Shown in pieces: positions 1-11,935 of a stretch of 64,000 nt of DNA (position 1 is the first letter of the stretch; every line of letters begins with the position of its first letter). The translations under genes and the position numbers were made by a program. This stretch comes from Heterodontus francisci. Taxonomy: Eukaryota. Below the pieces are notes generated by a model that was not told where the DNA came from, did not search any database, and saw nothing but the letters and a program-made list of their open reading frames with translations. The stretch spans positions 21,405,259-21,469,258 of the forward strand of contig NC_090411.1 of assembly GCF_036365525.1 (NCBI RefSeq), read 5' to 3'.

Positions 1-110
1 CTATATACATTAACATTTTTGCTGACTGGTCCAGACAAGAAGTAACTTTTTTGACCTAGTTAGTCTTAGAGCGAAGAAATTGCAATAAAAAGAAAATGCA
101 CTTCAGCCAG

Positions 111-160
111 CTGTTTCCCACTGCCCGACCCTAACACTGTTTCCCACTGCCCGACCCTGA
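111..160. repeat. 26-bp tandem duplication (ctgtttcccactgcccgaccct x2)
   Basis: Direct repeat read from the sequence. Confidence 0.8.
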
Positions 161-409
161 CCCTACGGAAATATGCCAATTAAATGAAGTTAGAATAATT
201 AAAAGTAGTAAGCTACAAGTGCACATAAATAGAATATTAATTTTTATATGTAATACTTCTAATCTCATTTTCTCTCACGTATCAAAGACTTAGAGGAAAG
301 GTGGGTGAAAGTAAGTTATATTCAGTTTGGGGGGGGGGGGCGCGAAAAGTCACCAGATTTGAATCATTTTGAATTAAACATAAATTAAGACGTAACAATG
401 AGCTTGTTT

Positions 410-1645
410 AAGAACATAAGAAATAGCAGCAAGACTAGGCCATATGTCCCCTCAAACCTATTCCTCAATCATGGCTGATCTTCTACATCAACTCCACTTT
501 CCTACCTATCCACAGATGCCCTAGTGACTAAAAGGCTTTCGATCTCAGTCTTGAATATACTCATTAACTGAGAATCCGCAGCCCTCTGGGGTAGAGAATT
601 TCAAAGATTCACAACCCTCTGAGTGATGAAATTTCTCCTCATCTCAGTCCTAAATGGCCGACCCCTTATCCTGAGATGATGACCCCAAGTTCTAGACTTC
701 CTCACCAGTGGAGACAACCTCTCAACAGTTACAATTGTCAAGCCCTCTAAGAATTTTATACATTTCAATGAGATTACCTTTTGTTCTTCTAAATTACGGA
801 GAACATAAACCCATTTTACTCAACCTCTTCTCATAGGACAGCCCTCTCATCACAGGAATCAATCTTGTGATCCTTCATTGCATGTCTTTTAAGGCAAGTA
901 TATCATTCCTCAGGTAGGGAGGCCAAAACTATACACAGTACTCCAGGTGTGTTCTCACCAAAGCCAGATATAATTGCCGCAAAACGTCCTTACTCTTAGA
1001 CACTAACCCACTGCAATAAAGATGAACATACCTTTTGTCTTCCTAATTGCTTGCTGTACCTGCACGTTAACTTTCTGTGATTCATGTACAAGGACACCTA
1101 GGTCCCTCTGAATACCAACATTTCCCAATCTCTCATCTTTGAAAAGATATTTTACTTTTCCATTCTTCCTACCTAAGTGGTTAATTTTACACTTCCCCAC
1201 ATTCTGCCACCTTCTTGCTTAGTCTCTGTATGTCACTTTGCAGCCTCTTTGCATCTTCCTCATAGCTTACTTTATCATTTAACTTTGTATTGTCACAAAA
1301 CTTACTTACTTTACACTCATTGCCCTCATCTAAGTCACTGATATAGCTTGTAAATAGCTGAGGCCCAAGCACTGATCCTTGCGGCAATCCACTAGTTACA
1401 CCCTACCATCCAGATAATTACCCGTTTGTTCCTTCTCTCTTTTTTCTGTCCATTAACCAATCTTCAAACCATGCTAATCTATTATCCCCAATCCCATGAG
1501 GGGTAAACTTGTGTAATACTTCTTGTGTGGCACAAATGTACTGCATCCACTGGTTCCCCCTAATCTACCCTGCGAGTTACAACCGCAAAAAACTCGAACA
1601 GATTTGTCAAACACAATTTCCCTTTCTTAAAACTGTCAACTCTGC
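410..1645 (-). mobile_element. CR1 LINE, degraded RT and 3' tail
   Basis: Minus-strand ORFs with PQGSVLGPQLF, SKFCDNTKL (FADD-like) and RDLGVLVHESQKV; typical CR1 3' UTR. Confidence 0.9.
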
Positions 1646-3289
1646 AATTGTTGTATAATGGATACAAATACCATCATTAGAATAATAAAAATTGATGAAA
1701 TACTTACACATAGAGCAGGGAGTGTTGTTAGAAGACTCTTGAGAAACGGTGCCAGGATTCAGGAGTCAAAGGGAAGTTCTCTTTAGGGGGTCTGCGACGG
1801 AGAATGGACAAATCGTTCACTTTGTAAGCGGCATGACAGTGTCCTTTCCTCATAGTGCAATAACAGCCTGCAGCAGAGTTGTTTCGAGATTGTGTTGGGA
1901 GACGGTGCACTGAGTATCGGTGCAGGCACTGCAAAGTGGGTCAGTCAAACCCTTTTCATCTCAAATGTCACTGGGTTAGTGAAGACAGAGTGGGGTAACA
2001 ACACCAAGTCTGTTCAGTTGAACAATCAAATGTTCCGCAGATAAGCAAGTTACCAGATCAACACAGCTAAACGGCCGGAGGTAACTAGAGTTTGACCAGC
2101 TGCTCAGATACAGAAACACTAAATTGCTCCTTTACAAAATAAACGTGGCCGTTCCTCTTTTGTTTCTGTAGATAATGTAAGGCAATCACCAAGCGTCACC
2201 ATCGCCAAATCAAGACACAGAGCCGGTGTCCCGGGTTATTCAGTAACTTGTATCGTTGGCGAATTCAACACGAGAGAAAATTCAGCAGCTGAAAGGTCGG
2301 TCAATCTGAGACTCTCTCCACAGATGCTTCCACACCTGCTGAATATTTCTAGCGTTTTCTGTTTTTAAAGAGATGGGAGTTTCCCAAACCCTTGCAAACT
2401 GTTGAATTCTCTCAGTCTTTTCTCTCCCACAAACTACAAAAGCTCATCTAATCCCATCGCTTTGAAATGAGTGTGCAAACGCTTAAAGAGATTTCTTTTT
2501 GTAACAAGGGGTGAGAACGAATTGTTACAAGAAGAAAGTGCCTTTTAACCGAGATTTCAGCCTATTTCTGGATTTCTCTCTTTTATTCGATTTATTCTGA
2601 CTTGTCTCTTACTCTATGGCCCTGCTTTGGGGTTTCTCAGTAGAAATAGCAACCCTTCAATTAATTGTGTAATTCTGAGCTCATCGGAACAGAAAAAAGT
2701 TTTAAATGGGTTCAACTAATAATGTGTGTTAACTGCGAACACAATACCTGCCATTAGTATTTGTATGTAATGGAGTCGTGGGGAGAATATTTCGTAAACG
2801 ATTTATTTGGTAATAAATATTCTTTTAGATCATAACAAGCAATAAAAAATATAACCCGAAAAAGCAAACGGGAATGGTAAATAATTATATGCTTTGTGAC
2901 GAGGGATAGGAATTTATTTGCTTTGAGTAGTTTGTTCACTTTACATTCTAGATCTGGATGTGACTAACATTCCGATAACCGCCCTCGCGTTAAATGAAAG
3001 CTTAATGTAGTAAATCCCAGTCCCCATTGCACCTTCTCCCAAATGATTCAATTATCTTCCATTAACACATTCCTCTTTCATTAAATGGTGTAAAGGTTGA
3101 TCGAATTGAGACTGGGAGCTCAATGGAGAGCGGTAAGTATAACAGGCTTCGTTTAATTATATCCCATTTAAATCCTAATCAAATGTGAGGAACAGGCCAC
3201 TGTGCAAATCTCCGTTGAGGTGTGTGGAGCAAATATTAAACATTGGCCCCCTCCCTTTGATTTACTCTATCTTTGCTGGAGATGCAAAA

Positions 3290-5525
3290 TGGCTTCAGCG
3301 CAGGAGGACGCTATTCGACCCGTCGTGGCTGTTCTGGCTCTCTGCAAGCTTGTTATGTGGCACTATTATCAAATGCCTTTTGGAAGTCCATGGACACATG
3401 CATTACTCTCATCAATCCTGCCTGTTACTTCATCAAAAAATTCAATCAAGTTAGTTCGGCACGATTTGCCCTTAACAAATCTATGTAGACTTTCCTTAAT
3501 TAATCCATGTATGTCCAAGTGACTATTAATTTTGACTTGAATTATTCTTTCTAAAGCTTTCCCACCACCGATGGTATATTGACTGGCCTGTAATTGCTGG
3601 GCTTATTCTTACACCTTTTTTTGAACAAGGGTGTAACATTTGCAATTGTCCAGTCTTCTGGCACCACCCCTGTATCCAAGGAGGATTGGAAGATTATGGC
3701 CAGTGCCTCTGCAAGTTCCACCCTTACTTCCCTCTGTCTCCTCAAATGCATCTGATCCAGTCCTGGTGACTTAGTAACTTTAAGTACAGCCGATCTTTCA
3801 AATACCTCCTATTTATCAATTTTTACTCCATCCAGTATCTCAACTACCTCCTCTTTCACTATGACTTTGGCAGCATCGTATTCCTTGGTAAAGACAGATG
3901 CAAAGTACTCATTTAGTACCTCAGCCATGTTCTCTGCCTCCACGTGTAAATCCCCTCCTTTTAACACCTTTTTACTATTTATATGCCTATAGATGACTTT
4001 TGGATTTCATTTTATGTTAGTTGCCAGCCTCTTCTCATACTCTCTCTTTACTTCTCTTATTTGCTTTTTCACTTCTCCTCTGAATCTTCTAAATTTAGCC
4101 TGGTTCTCAACTGTATTATCCACTTGAATCTGTCACATGCACCCTTTTTCTGCTTCATCTTACTCTCAATCTCTTTTGGTATCCAAGGAACTCTGGATCT
4201 GTTTGTCCTACCTTTCCCCATCGTGGTAATGTACCTTGACTGTACCCGAACTATTTTCTCTTTAAAGACAGCCCATTGTTTTGTTACCAGTTTTTCCTGC
4301 CAATCATTGATTCCAATTTACTTGAGCCAGATCCATTCTCACTCCATTGATTTTGGCCCTTCCCCAATCAATTATCTTTACTCTGGATTGCTCCTTGTCT
4401 TTTTCCATAGCTGACGATGATATGATCACTGTCCCCCTAAATGTTCCCCTACTGATACTTGATTCATTTGACCCGGCTCATTCCCCAGAACCAGATCCAG
4501 CAATGTTTCCTCCCTCGTTGGACTGGAAACATACTGATGTAGTAAATTCTCCTGAACACACTGTAGAAACTCTTGCCCCTCTCTGCCCTTTACACTAGTA
4601 CTATCCCAGCCTACATTAGGATAATTAAAGTCCCCATTATAACAACTCTATAATTTTTGCACCTCTCTGTAATTTCCTTGCAAATTTGTTCCACTACATC
4701 TTTCCCACTAGTTGGTAGCCTATAGAATACACCCAGCAATGTAATGGTACCTCTATTGTTTCTTATTTCTAAACAAATGTCCCTCTAGGACATCCTTTCT
4801 CTCCAGCATGGTAATGTTCTCCTTAATCAATACAACTACTCCTCTTTTTCTTCCTTCCCTATCTTTCCTGAACATCTTGTATCCAGGAATATTTAGTACC
4901 CAGTCCTGCCCTTTTTTGAGTCAGGTCTCTGTTATCATCACAACATCATATTTCCATGTGGCTATCTGTGCCTGCAGCTCACCAACCTTATTTATCACAC
5001 TCTGTGCAATCATATACATGCACAGTAAACCTAATTTAGACCTTATTACATTCCCTCTTACACTGACCCCACTGAATACCTTGCTATTTCCTACTCTAGT
5101 GCTCTCCCAATTATCCGTGTACCTTGTTTCCCTCCCTAATATTACCTCCTGGTTCCCAATACCTGCCAAGTTAGTTTAAACCCTCCCCTATAGCACTAGC
5201 AAATCACCCCGCAAGGTCTCGGCTCTGTTCAGGTACAACCCATCCAGCCTGTTCAGGTCCCATCTCCTCAGAACCAATCCCAATGTCCCAGGAATCTAAA
5301 GCCCTTCCTCCTGCATCATCTCTCCAGCCACACATTCATCTGCTCTGTCCTCCTATTTCTATACTCACTAGTGCGTGGCATCAGGAGTAATCTGGAGATT
5401 ACTACCTTTGAGGTCCTGCTTGCTAGTTTCTTTCCTACCTCCATAAACTCTGCCTGCAGTGACACATCCCTCTTTCTACTTATGTCATTGGTACTGATAT
5501 GGACCATGACTGTTGGCTGTTCACA
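3290..5525 (-). mobile_element. CR1 LINE: ORF1 esterase remnant, endonuclease and start of RT, degraded
   Basis: VHISTNDI..SKVVISRLL (SGNH-type ORF1); AQSVINKVGELQAQIATWKYDVVMITET (APE); VPEDWTIANVTPLFKK..NYRPV (RT). Confidence 0.9.
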
Positions 5526-5659
5526 CTCTCAGACCTTTCACCTGTTGTTCTGCTGTTATGTGAGAGATAAGAAATGCTGTATTAAACCACAAATAAAGGG
5601 GAAACACAACAAATACATTAGAGCAAATGCATTTTAGATGAATATTTATCCATGCTTAT

Positions 5660-5915
5660 ACACAAACTGAAATCTCCTCTAAGAACCATCTGTGCTGTCC
5701 AACCATTCCTCAAACTTGACTTTGGCTTCCTGCCTAGTTTTGCTTTTCGAAGGATCCCCAACTGTTGACAATGATCTGATTGAGGGGAAAGTCCAACTGA
5801 GTCAGGTGGTCATACTCGTAATCTCCCACAAAGAACTTGACCTTGGACCTCTTGGCCACCTTATTCTTGCCCAATATGCAAGGAGGTGGCCCAGGGCCTG
5901 TCAGACATCTCTTTT
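5660..5915 (-). pseudogene. RPL27: Degraded processed pseudogene of 60S ribosomal protein L27
   Basis: Minus-strand translation across frameshifts gives SDRPW, [52 protein letters not shown]. These are colinear with RPL27 SDRPY, [52 protein letters not shown]. No introns. Confidence 0.85.
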
Positions 5916-6349
5916 ACTTAAATCAGATGGGTGGGATTTCTGTTAGGCCGGCCCTGCTTGTACAATACATGTAAACCCCACTTGTTACACTCTATGGAGT
6001 GTGGGTTTACCTGGCCATTCTGTAGGAGGTACAGATTTAACTCATGTTGTGGGAGATAATGAATCATCTCCTGGAGCGTTTGTTTTCTCCACTCGGTCAG
6101 TCGTCACAAAACAATTTGCTGAAAGCAATGATTGATTGAGCCAAATATCCACTGGGCTCTCAGTTTTGCAACACCCTCAGATCCTGTTTGATCTGAGGCA
6201 TTTGTAAGCTTGCATTCGACATTCATTTTCAACTCCTGTACTTATTAGTAGAAGATAGCCTGTTAGTACCAGTTAGTCTGTTGAAGAGACAATGCATAGG
6301 AAATCCATCAGCCTCCATAAATAGAGCTCAGGACAGTTAATCTTTGAGG

Positions 6350-7050
6350 TATTACATAGTATTTACAGCACAGAAACAGGCCATTCAGTCCAAACGATGG
6401 TGGTCGTGCTCCACAGGAGCCTCCTCCCACCCGTCCTCACCTCACCCTATCAATATATCCTTCTCCGTTCTCCCTCAAGTACTTATCTAGATTCACCTTA
6501 AATACACCTATACTATTCACCTCAACCACTCCATCTGGTATTGTGTTCCACATTCTAACCACTCTCTGGGTAAGGAATTCCCGGCTGAATTTGTTTTCAA
6601 AAAATCTAATTTGTTCATAAAATTTGTAAACGTACATAACAGTTCAAATTTGATCTTACATAAAGTCCAATTTAGATCAATTTCCTTCAAGAGTGTAAGT
6701 GGGACTCTGAGGGCTTCACTACACTTACATTTACAGGTTATATCTAGTTACAATATATTAAATTTATTACTGTCTAACTTATGTTTATCTCTAGTTTTCG
6801 ATTCCCCCACGAGTGGAAACAGCTTTATATCTACCCTATCAAACCAGATCATAAGTTTTAAATTAGGTCACCTCTCAGCCATCTCTTTTGTAGATAAGAG
6901 TCCCAGCCTGTTCAATCTATCTTGATAGCTATAATCTCTCAGTTCTGGTACCATCCTTGTATATCTTCTACCAGTGCCTTTATACCATTTTTTGCAACAT
7001 GGAGATCAGAATTGAGCACAGTACTCCTGTAAGTGTGGTCTAACCCAGGT
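6350..7050 (-). mobile_element. CR1 3' fragments
   Basis: FLTQRVVRMWN..GVFKVNLDKYL is the CR1 ORF2 C-terminus. Confidence 0.8.
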
Positions 7051-7199
7051 GTGGACCTCTTGCACACCGTTCGTTGCATTTTCAACATTCCTTTGTTTCA
7101 GTTATGTCCAGTTCCCCACCTTTGCCTCTATCGCGTTCACCGTTTTGAATGTTGTCCAACATATGTGCACGGTGAATTTTTTTAGCATTTTCCGTTCGG

Positions 7200-7260
7200 T
7201 CAAACGCATCGAGATCGAAAGTTTCCGAAACGATGACGTCTACAGGAAGGAGGGAAGAAC
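7200..7260 (+). promoter_or_regulatory. Putative promoter of the VJ receptor: CRE-like TGACGTC (7234-7240) and ETS CAGGAAG (7243-7249) in a CpG-rich patch
   Basis: Motifs lie about 150 bp upstream of the leader ATG; CpGs are locally retained. Confidence 0.45.
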
Positions 7261-7393
7261 AATGAGCGACCTACTTTTTGCTGGTTACCATCTCCTGCAC
7301 CGAACCCCGAGCCCAGTTTGCCCTCCGCTGGGCTGCTCGGCAGGTGCCTGGATCCTCAGGCAGAGATGCTTGGGGTGGAACTAGCAGTGAAAC

Positions 7394-7430
7394 ATGTGGC
7401 ATTTGCTGGCACTTGTTCTCCTGCAGAGCT
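7394..7430 (+). CDS. VJ-type Ig receptor exon 1 (signal peptide MWHLLALVLLQS)
   Basis: aacATG, hydrophobic leader, phase-1 donor gtgagt at 7431; joins exon 2 as ..QS-C-VHC. Confidence 0.85.
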
Positions 7431-7732
7431 GTGAGTTTTAAGCTGGATGTTTACACAAGTAGTAGATATGGTTCTGTTGCTGCTGCATATATTTAAATGA
7501 GAGTGTAATCCTTTTCGATTTATAACTGAACAAAACAGCAAAGGAAATCCTAATGATATTTCTAGAATCTTACTTGTCAACTCAAAAGAAGGAGGGCTGG
7601 CATTTATATAGTGTTTTACAGCCAATGAAGTGCTTTAAAAGTATAATCACTATTGTAATGTAGGAAATAATATGACCATTTTATATTGTACCTTCTTACT
7701 TTCATGATATTTTCTGCATTCAGTCCCTCTAG

Positions 7733-8095
7733 GTGTGCACTGTAGTTACCTGGTTTTGCAGCCTGTTGAATCCCAGTCAGTTCGACTGGGAGATACTGTG
7801 ACCCTGGCATGTTTCATTAACAGTCAGCCCTATATTGACTATACCAACGCATACTGGCTGAGGCAACAGGAAGGAAGAGCTCCTGTGGTTCTGGTGTATT
7901 CATTCCTCAACTCCAAGCAAGTCTTCCGCTCTGAACAGATTCCCAACAATGCATCCATGAAAATTACCCTTGATTACCAGAGTTTAAATTTAACCATACA
8001 GAGTGTCAATTCATCTGATGTTGGTCTTTACTTCTGTGCAGGCTGGCGATATGGGGTATTAGCCTTCGGAAATGGAACCAAATTGATCCTGACAG
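7733..8095 (+). CDS. VJ-type Ig receptor exon 2: germline-joined V-J Ig domain (NITR/TCR-like)
   Basis: Acceptor tccctctag; LGDTVTLAC, YWLRQQEGRAP, LTIQSVNSSDVGLYFC, FGNGTKLILT; phase-1 donor gtaaat. No RSS seen. Confidence 0.93.
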
Positions 8096-8674
8096 GTAAA
8101 TATTTGTATTTTATGGCAGGAGAAAATACTGACAATAAAATAAGGAAAGGCGCATCAAATATAAGTCTGCAATATTTGATCAAGTACCAGATTAGAGACT
8201 TGGGGAAAAGATAATGGCACATAGAAACTGGGGCCACATCAATAGAGAAGTGAAATAAAAACAGGAAGTGCTGGAAATACTCAGCAGGTCTGGCAGCATC
8301 TGTCGAGAGAGAAGCAGAGTTAACGTTTCAGGTCAGTGACCTTTCATCATTTTGCTGCTCTTCAATAGGGAAGTGGTTGAAAGGCAGAAAGCAAAGAGTA
8401 GGGTATAAAGAGGTTTCTCAGACTAGAAAGGCAACCCAGGGGAATCTGGGTTGAGGCTCTGTTTAAATATACTTAAATGATCTGGACTTGGAAGTTGAAT
8501 GAACAACATCAAAATTTGCTGCTGATGTCAATTTTAGGATTAGGGCAAATTATGAGATGGATTATGAAAAAGTGCAGGAGGTCAGAGGCTGGAAGAATGA
8601 GCAGATCGGCAGCAGTTGCAGTTTGATATAGTAAATTGTGAAATAACACATTTCGGGAATAAATAGGGAAAAAG

Positions 8675-9060
8675 GTCTCTTGTCCCCTACTTGAAGGGGC
8701 TGCTCTGTAACTTTTGGCTCCACTTTAGCTCACGCTCCTGATCTTTGGCCACCTGGTGTGGAGGAAGGGGGCAGGTAAGTTGGGCGACATTATCATGGGT
8801 GTGCTCCTGGGCCTGGCCAAAGGTGCAGACAGCACGCAGTCGAGGGAACTGCCTGTTCCAACTGCACTCCTCTCCTCTCTTGCACAGCTACATCCGCACT
8901 CGGGTGTCCCTGGCGAGGGAGCGTGTGGTGTCTGTTGGCATGCTTGAAGTTTTCCACGACAGCTGGGCACTGAATGGATTGTAAGGCATGATGGACTTGA
9001 CCAACGGCACTATAATTTGAGAAGTTTTGTTTTTCTTGGTTTTAGATTAGTGACTCAAAC
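8675..9060 (+). mobile_element. Tx1-type LINE 3' fragment
   Basis: LLIFGHLV..GVLLGLAK and YIRTRVSLARE..VFHDSWA resemble a Tx1 ORF2 C-terminus. Confidence 0.65.
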
Positions 9061-9562
9061 TGGACCTTGTTTTTGTTGGCTCACCCTTTAATGACAAAGG
9101 GGGCATCTCTACTCATTTGTTTCTGATTGGTGACACTAATTATCCCATGGAATAATCAAAAGGAGGAAGAATAGAAAATGGCAAGATTTTAAGTGGAGTG
9201 GAGAAGTAGCTGAATACAAAGCTTAGTAAAGGTGATAATACAAGTAAGTTAAGCCAGTAGAAACAGGACCACAGGAACAGGAAGAGGCCATTTAGCCCTA
9301 TGAGGCTGTTCCACCATTCAATGAGATCATGGCTGATCAACCTAACTCCATATACCTGCCTTTGCCCCATACCCCTCAATACCTTTGGTTAACAAAAATC
9401 TATCAACCTCCGTTGTAAAATTAACAATTGATCTAGCAACAATTGCCATTTTTGGAAGTGAGTTCCAAACTTCTATTATCCATTGTGTGTAAAAGTGTTT
9501 CCTAATTTTACTCCTGAAAAAGGCAAAGGGAACAATAGAATCAGAGGATACAACCTGCACTT

Positions 9563-9908
9563 TTTTTATTTTTATTTTATTTTATTTAGAGATACAGCAC
9601 TGAAACAGGCCCTTCGGCCCACCAGGTCTGTGCCGACCATCAACCACCCATTTATACTAATCCTACACTAATTCCATATTCCTACCACATCCCCACCTGT
9701 CCCTATATTTCCCTACCACCTACCTATACTAGGGGCAATTTATAACAGCCAATTTACCTACCAACCTGCAAGTCATTGGCATGTGGGAGGAAACCGGAGC
9801 ACCCGGAGGAAACCCACGCAGACACAGGGAGAACTTGCAAACTCCACACAGGCAGTACCCGGAATTGAACCCGGGTCGCTGGAGCTGTGAGGCTGCGGTG
9901 CTAACCAC
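9563..9908 (-). mobile_element. HE1-type tRNA-derived SINE
   Basis: Reverse complement of the SINE at 38031; A-rich tail. Confidence 0.85.
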
Positions 9909-9948
9909 TTGAAGGGAGGTAAATTCAAAATGAATCTGTGGAAACGTT

Positions 9949-10779
9949 GGCCTTGATATTAACCTGCCCCTCCCTCAACCCCTCTCCCCAGTGAGAGGCA
10001 GGTGAGGGCTGGGGGAATTTAAAAGTGAAAAATGAGGAACGCGACCACAACCCGCCATATACGCAACTGCTGCCATTTTCACGGCAGCAGATTTCATGTC
10101 ATGTGACTGTCCCAGTCTGGAGAGATGGGACATTTCATTAATAAACTCAACTCAGGCTCCCACTGTTCAACTGGGAGCCTGTTTTAAATTCTACAGCCAC
10201 TGCATGGGCTACCCAGGACTCAACCGACAGCAAAAGGGAAGTGGCAGCTACCAGCTCCCAAAGGGACGTGCTTTTTTACAGCCAGGAGGAATAGGAGTGC
10301 TTTTACTGGCTCCTCAGCTTTCTCTCTCTCTTTCCCTGCTGGGATTGCAGATCTCTTCCCAACTCCCCAAATTTCAATGTCCTCTCTATATCACAATCGC
10401 AGCTGACCTTCTGCTGCCCCAAGTACCGATTTCCGCCTCCCCCTCTCCCATAATGGTCTCTCTCTCCTCCCACCCCCAAGCACCAATCTCCGGCCTTCTA
10501 CCCTATTGCCTTCTTGCAATGTCCTCTCTCTCTCTCTCCCCTCCAGTCCCTAATCTCCTACCCTCACCTCCCTCCCAACTGTTGGGAACCATTCCTTCCT
10601 GCCCGGCAACCGGTCAGCCTAATCATTTGAACAACCGCCAGGGGCAAAACAGAAGAAAAGAATCATAATGAACTCCTGCCGTTAAATCTGGCACAGTCTC
10701 TGGGTCAACAGCCTCGACACGTTCCTGGCCATTTTCACCCTCCCAGAACTTTCCCCACCTCCCCTTAAATATTGAGGAC
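9949..10779. mobile_element. Non-autonomous DNA element (Harbinger-like) inserted in a CR1 tail
   Basis: Imperfect TIRs ggccttgatattaa / ttaaatattgaggac; CR1 3' sequence resumes on both sides. Confidence 0.55.
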
Positions 10780-11935
10780 ATTATTTCAGTAAGTGGTCAA
10801 TCTATGGAACAGACTCCCTAGGGAAATGGTGGAAGCAGTTACCATTGATGCATTCAAATACAAATTTGATAACTTTGTTTCAGAAAATAGCATTTTGGGA
10901 TACAGGTACATGACTCATTAGAGACAAGTGTGACATATGTTGCATGCTTGAGAGGATAAAGGTGACTTTGTGCCTACGCTTCCCAAATCTCTCAACCATA
11001 GAGGTTTTCTTTGTGTAATTTCTGGGTCTGTTGTACATTAATTGATAGAGATATTAATGATTGCCATGATTAGTCAACAACTCCATTATCTTCGTATCTC
11101 GAGACTGGCAGGATGGTAGAAGATAAACTGGATGGACTTTTTTCATCAAACAACTCCTATGAGTGGTCCTGTTAGTTGAATGTTTGTTTTGATCTAGTTG
11201 TTGCTTTTTCCAATTGATTGAAGTTAATGGGGCATTAGTGACTCATGTGACATCAGGGAAACATTTTTTAAAAGTTAAAGCTAAAGGGACTATATATAAT
11301 TGCACAAAGTATTTGCAACATAATAGCCCTTATGGAGATACAGTTGCAGAGTGAACAAGGCTGGGAAGTAAATATTCCAGGATGCTTGACTTTTAGAAGC
11401 AATTGGCAAAATGGAAAAGGGGAAGGGTAGCCCAGATAATAAAGGAAGGAATGAAGACAGTAGAGAGAAAGGATTTTAGCTCTGAAGAGCAAAAAGTAGG
11501 ACTAGTGTGGATGGAGTTAAGAAACAATTGGTGGGAGTAGTTTATAGGCACCTAAACAATGTGTCCTCTACCTTTTCTTTGTACTGGGTGGGCTACAAAT
11601 GCCTCTGAGCAAAACATTTTTGTCCATGGGCAGCTTACATTTTAAAAGACACTAAAATTTCACAAAGTTGTGAGCGGGCCTGTTTATTTCAATGCATGGT
11701 GCATTCCAGATTGCTGCCCAGCCGAGCACAGGCAAACCTGAGAGAAAATATTGCCCCTAACAGTAGTTGTAGTGTCAGGCAGAGTATAAATTAGGAAATT
11801 GGAGGTATATGTAACAAGATTAATACAGTAATCATTGGGAACTTTAATCTTCCTATAGACTGGGCAAACCAAATTTGCAGTAAATGTGTGGAGGAGGATT
11901 TCATGGAATGTATGCAAGCTAGTTTTCTATTGAGG

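Noticed and set aside
1707-1934. Minus-strand ORF with SAAGCYC and a nearby gtaagt donor, as a V segment with RSS
   Set aside because: No first Cys or Trp motif, and no heptamer/nonamer at 12 or 23 spacing.
7733-8095. Rearranging TCR or IgL V segment
   Set aside because: J motif is in the same exon, no RSS, no downstream C exon found; the model continues to a TM and tyrosine-motif tail.
8700-8990. Hydrophobic IIMGVLLGLA stretch as the receptor TM exon
   Set aside because: It matches a Tx1 ORF2 C-terminal remnant; the better TM exon is at 19437.
10096-10668. 190-aa ORF
   Set aside because: Low-complexity reading of a pyrimidine-rich non-autonomous element.
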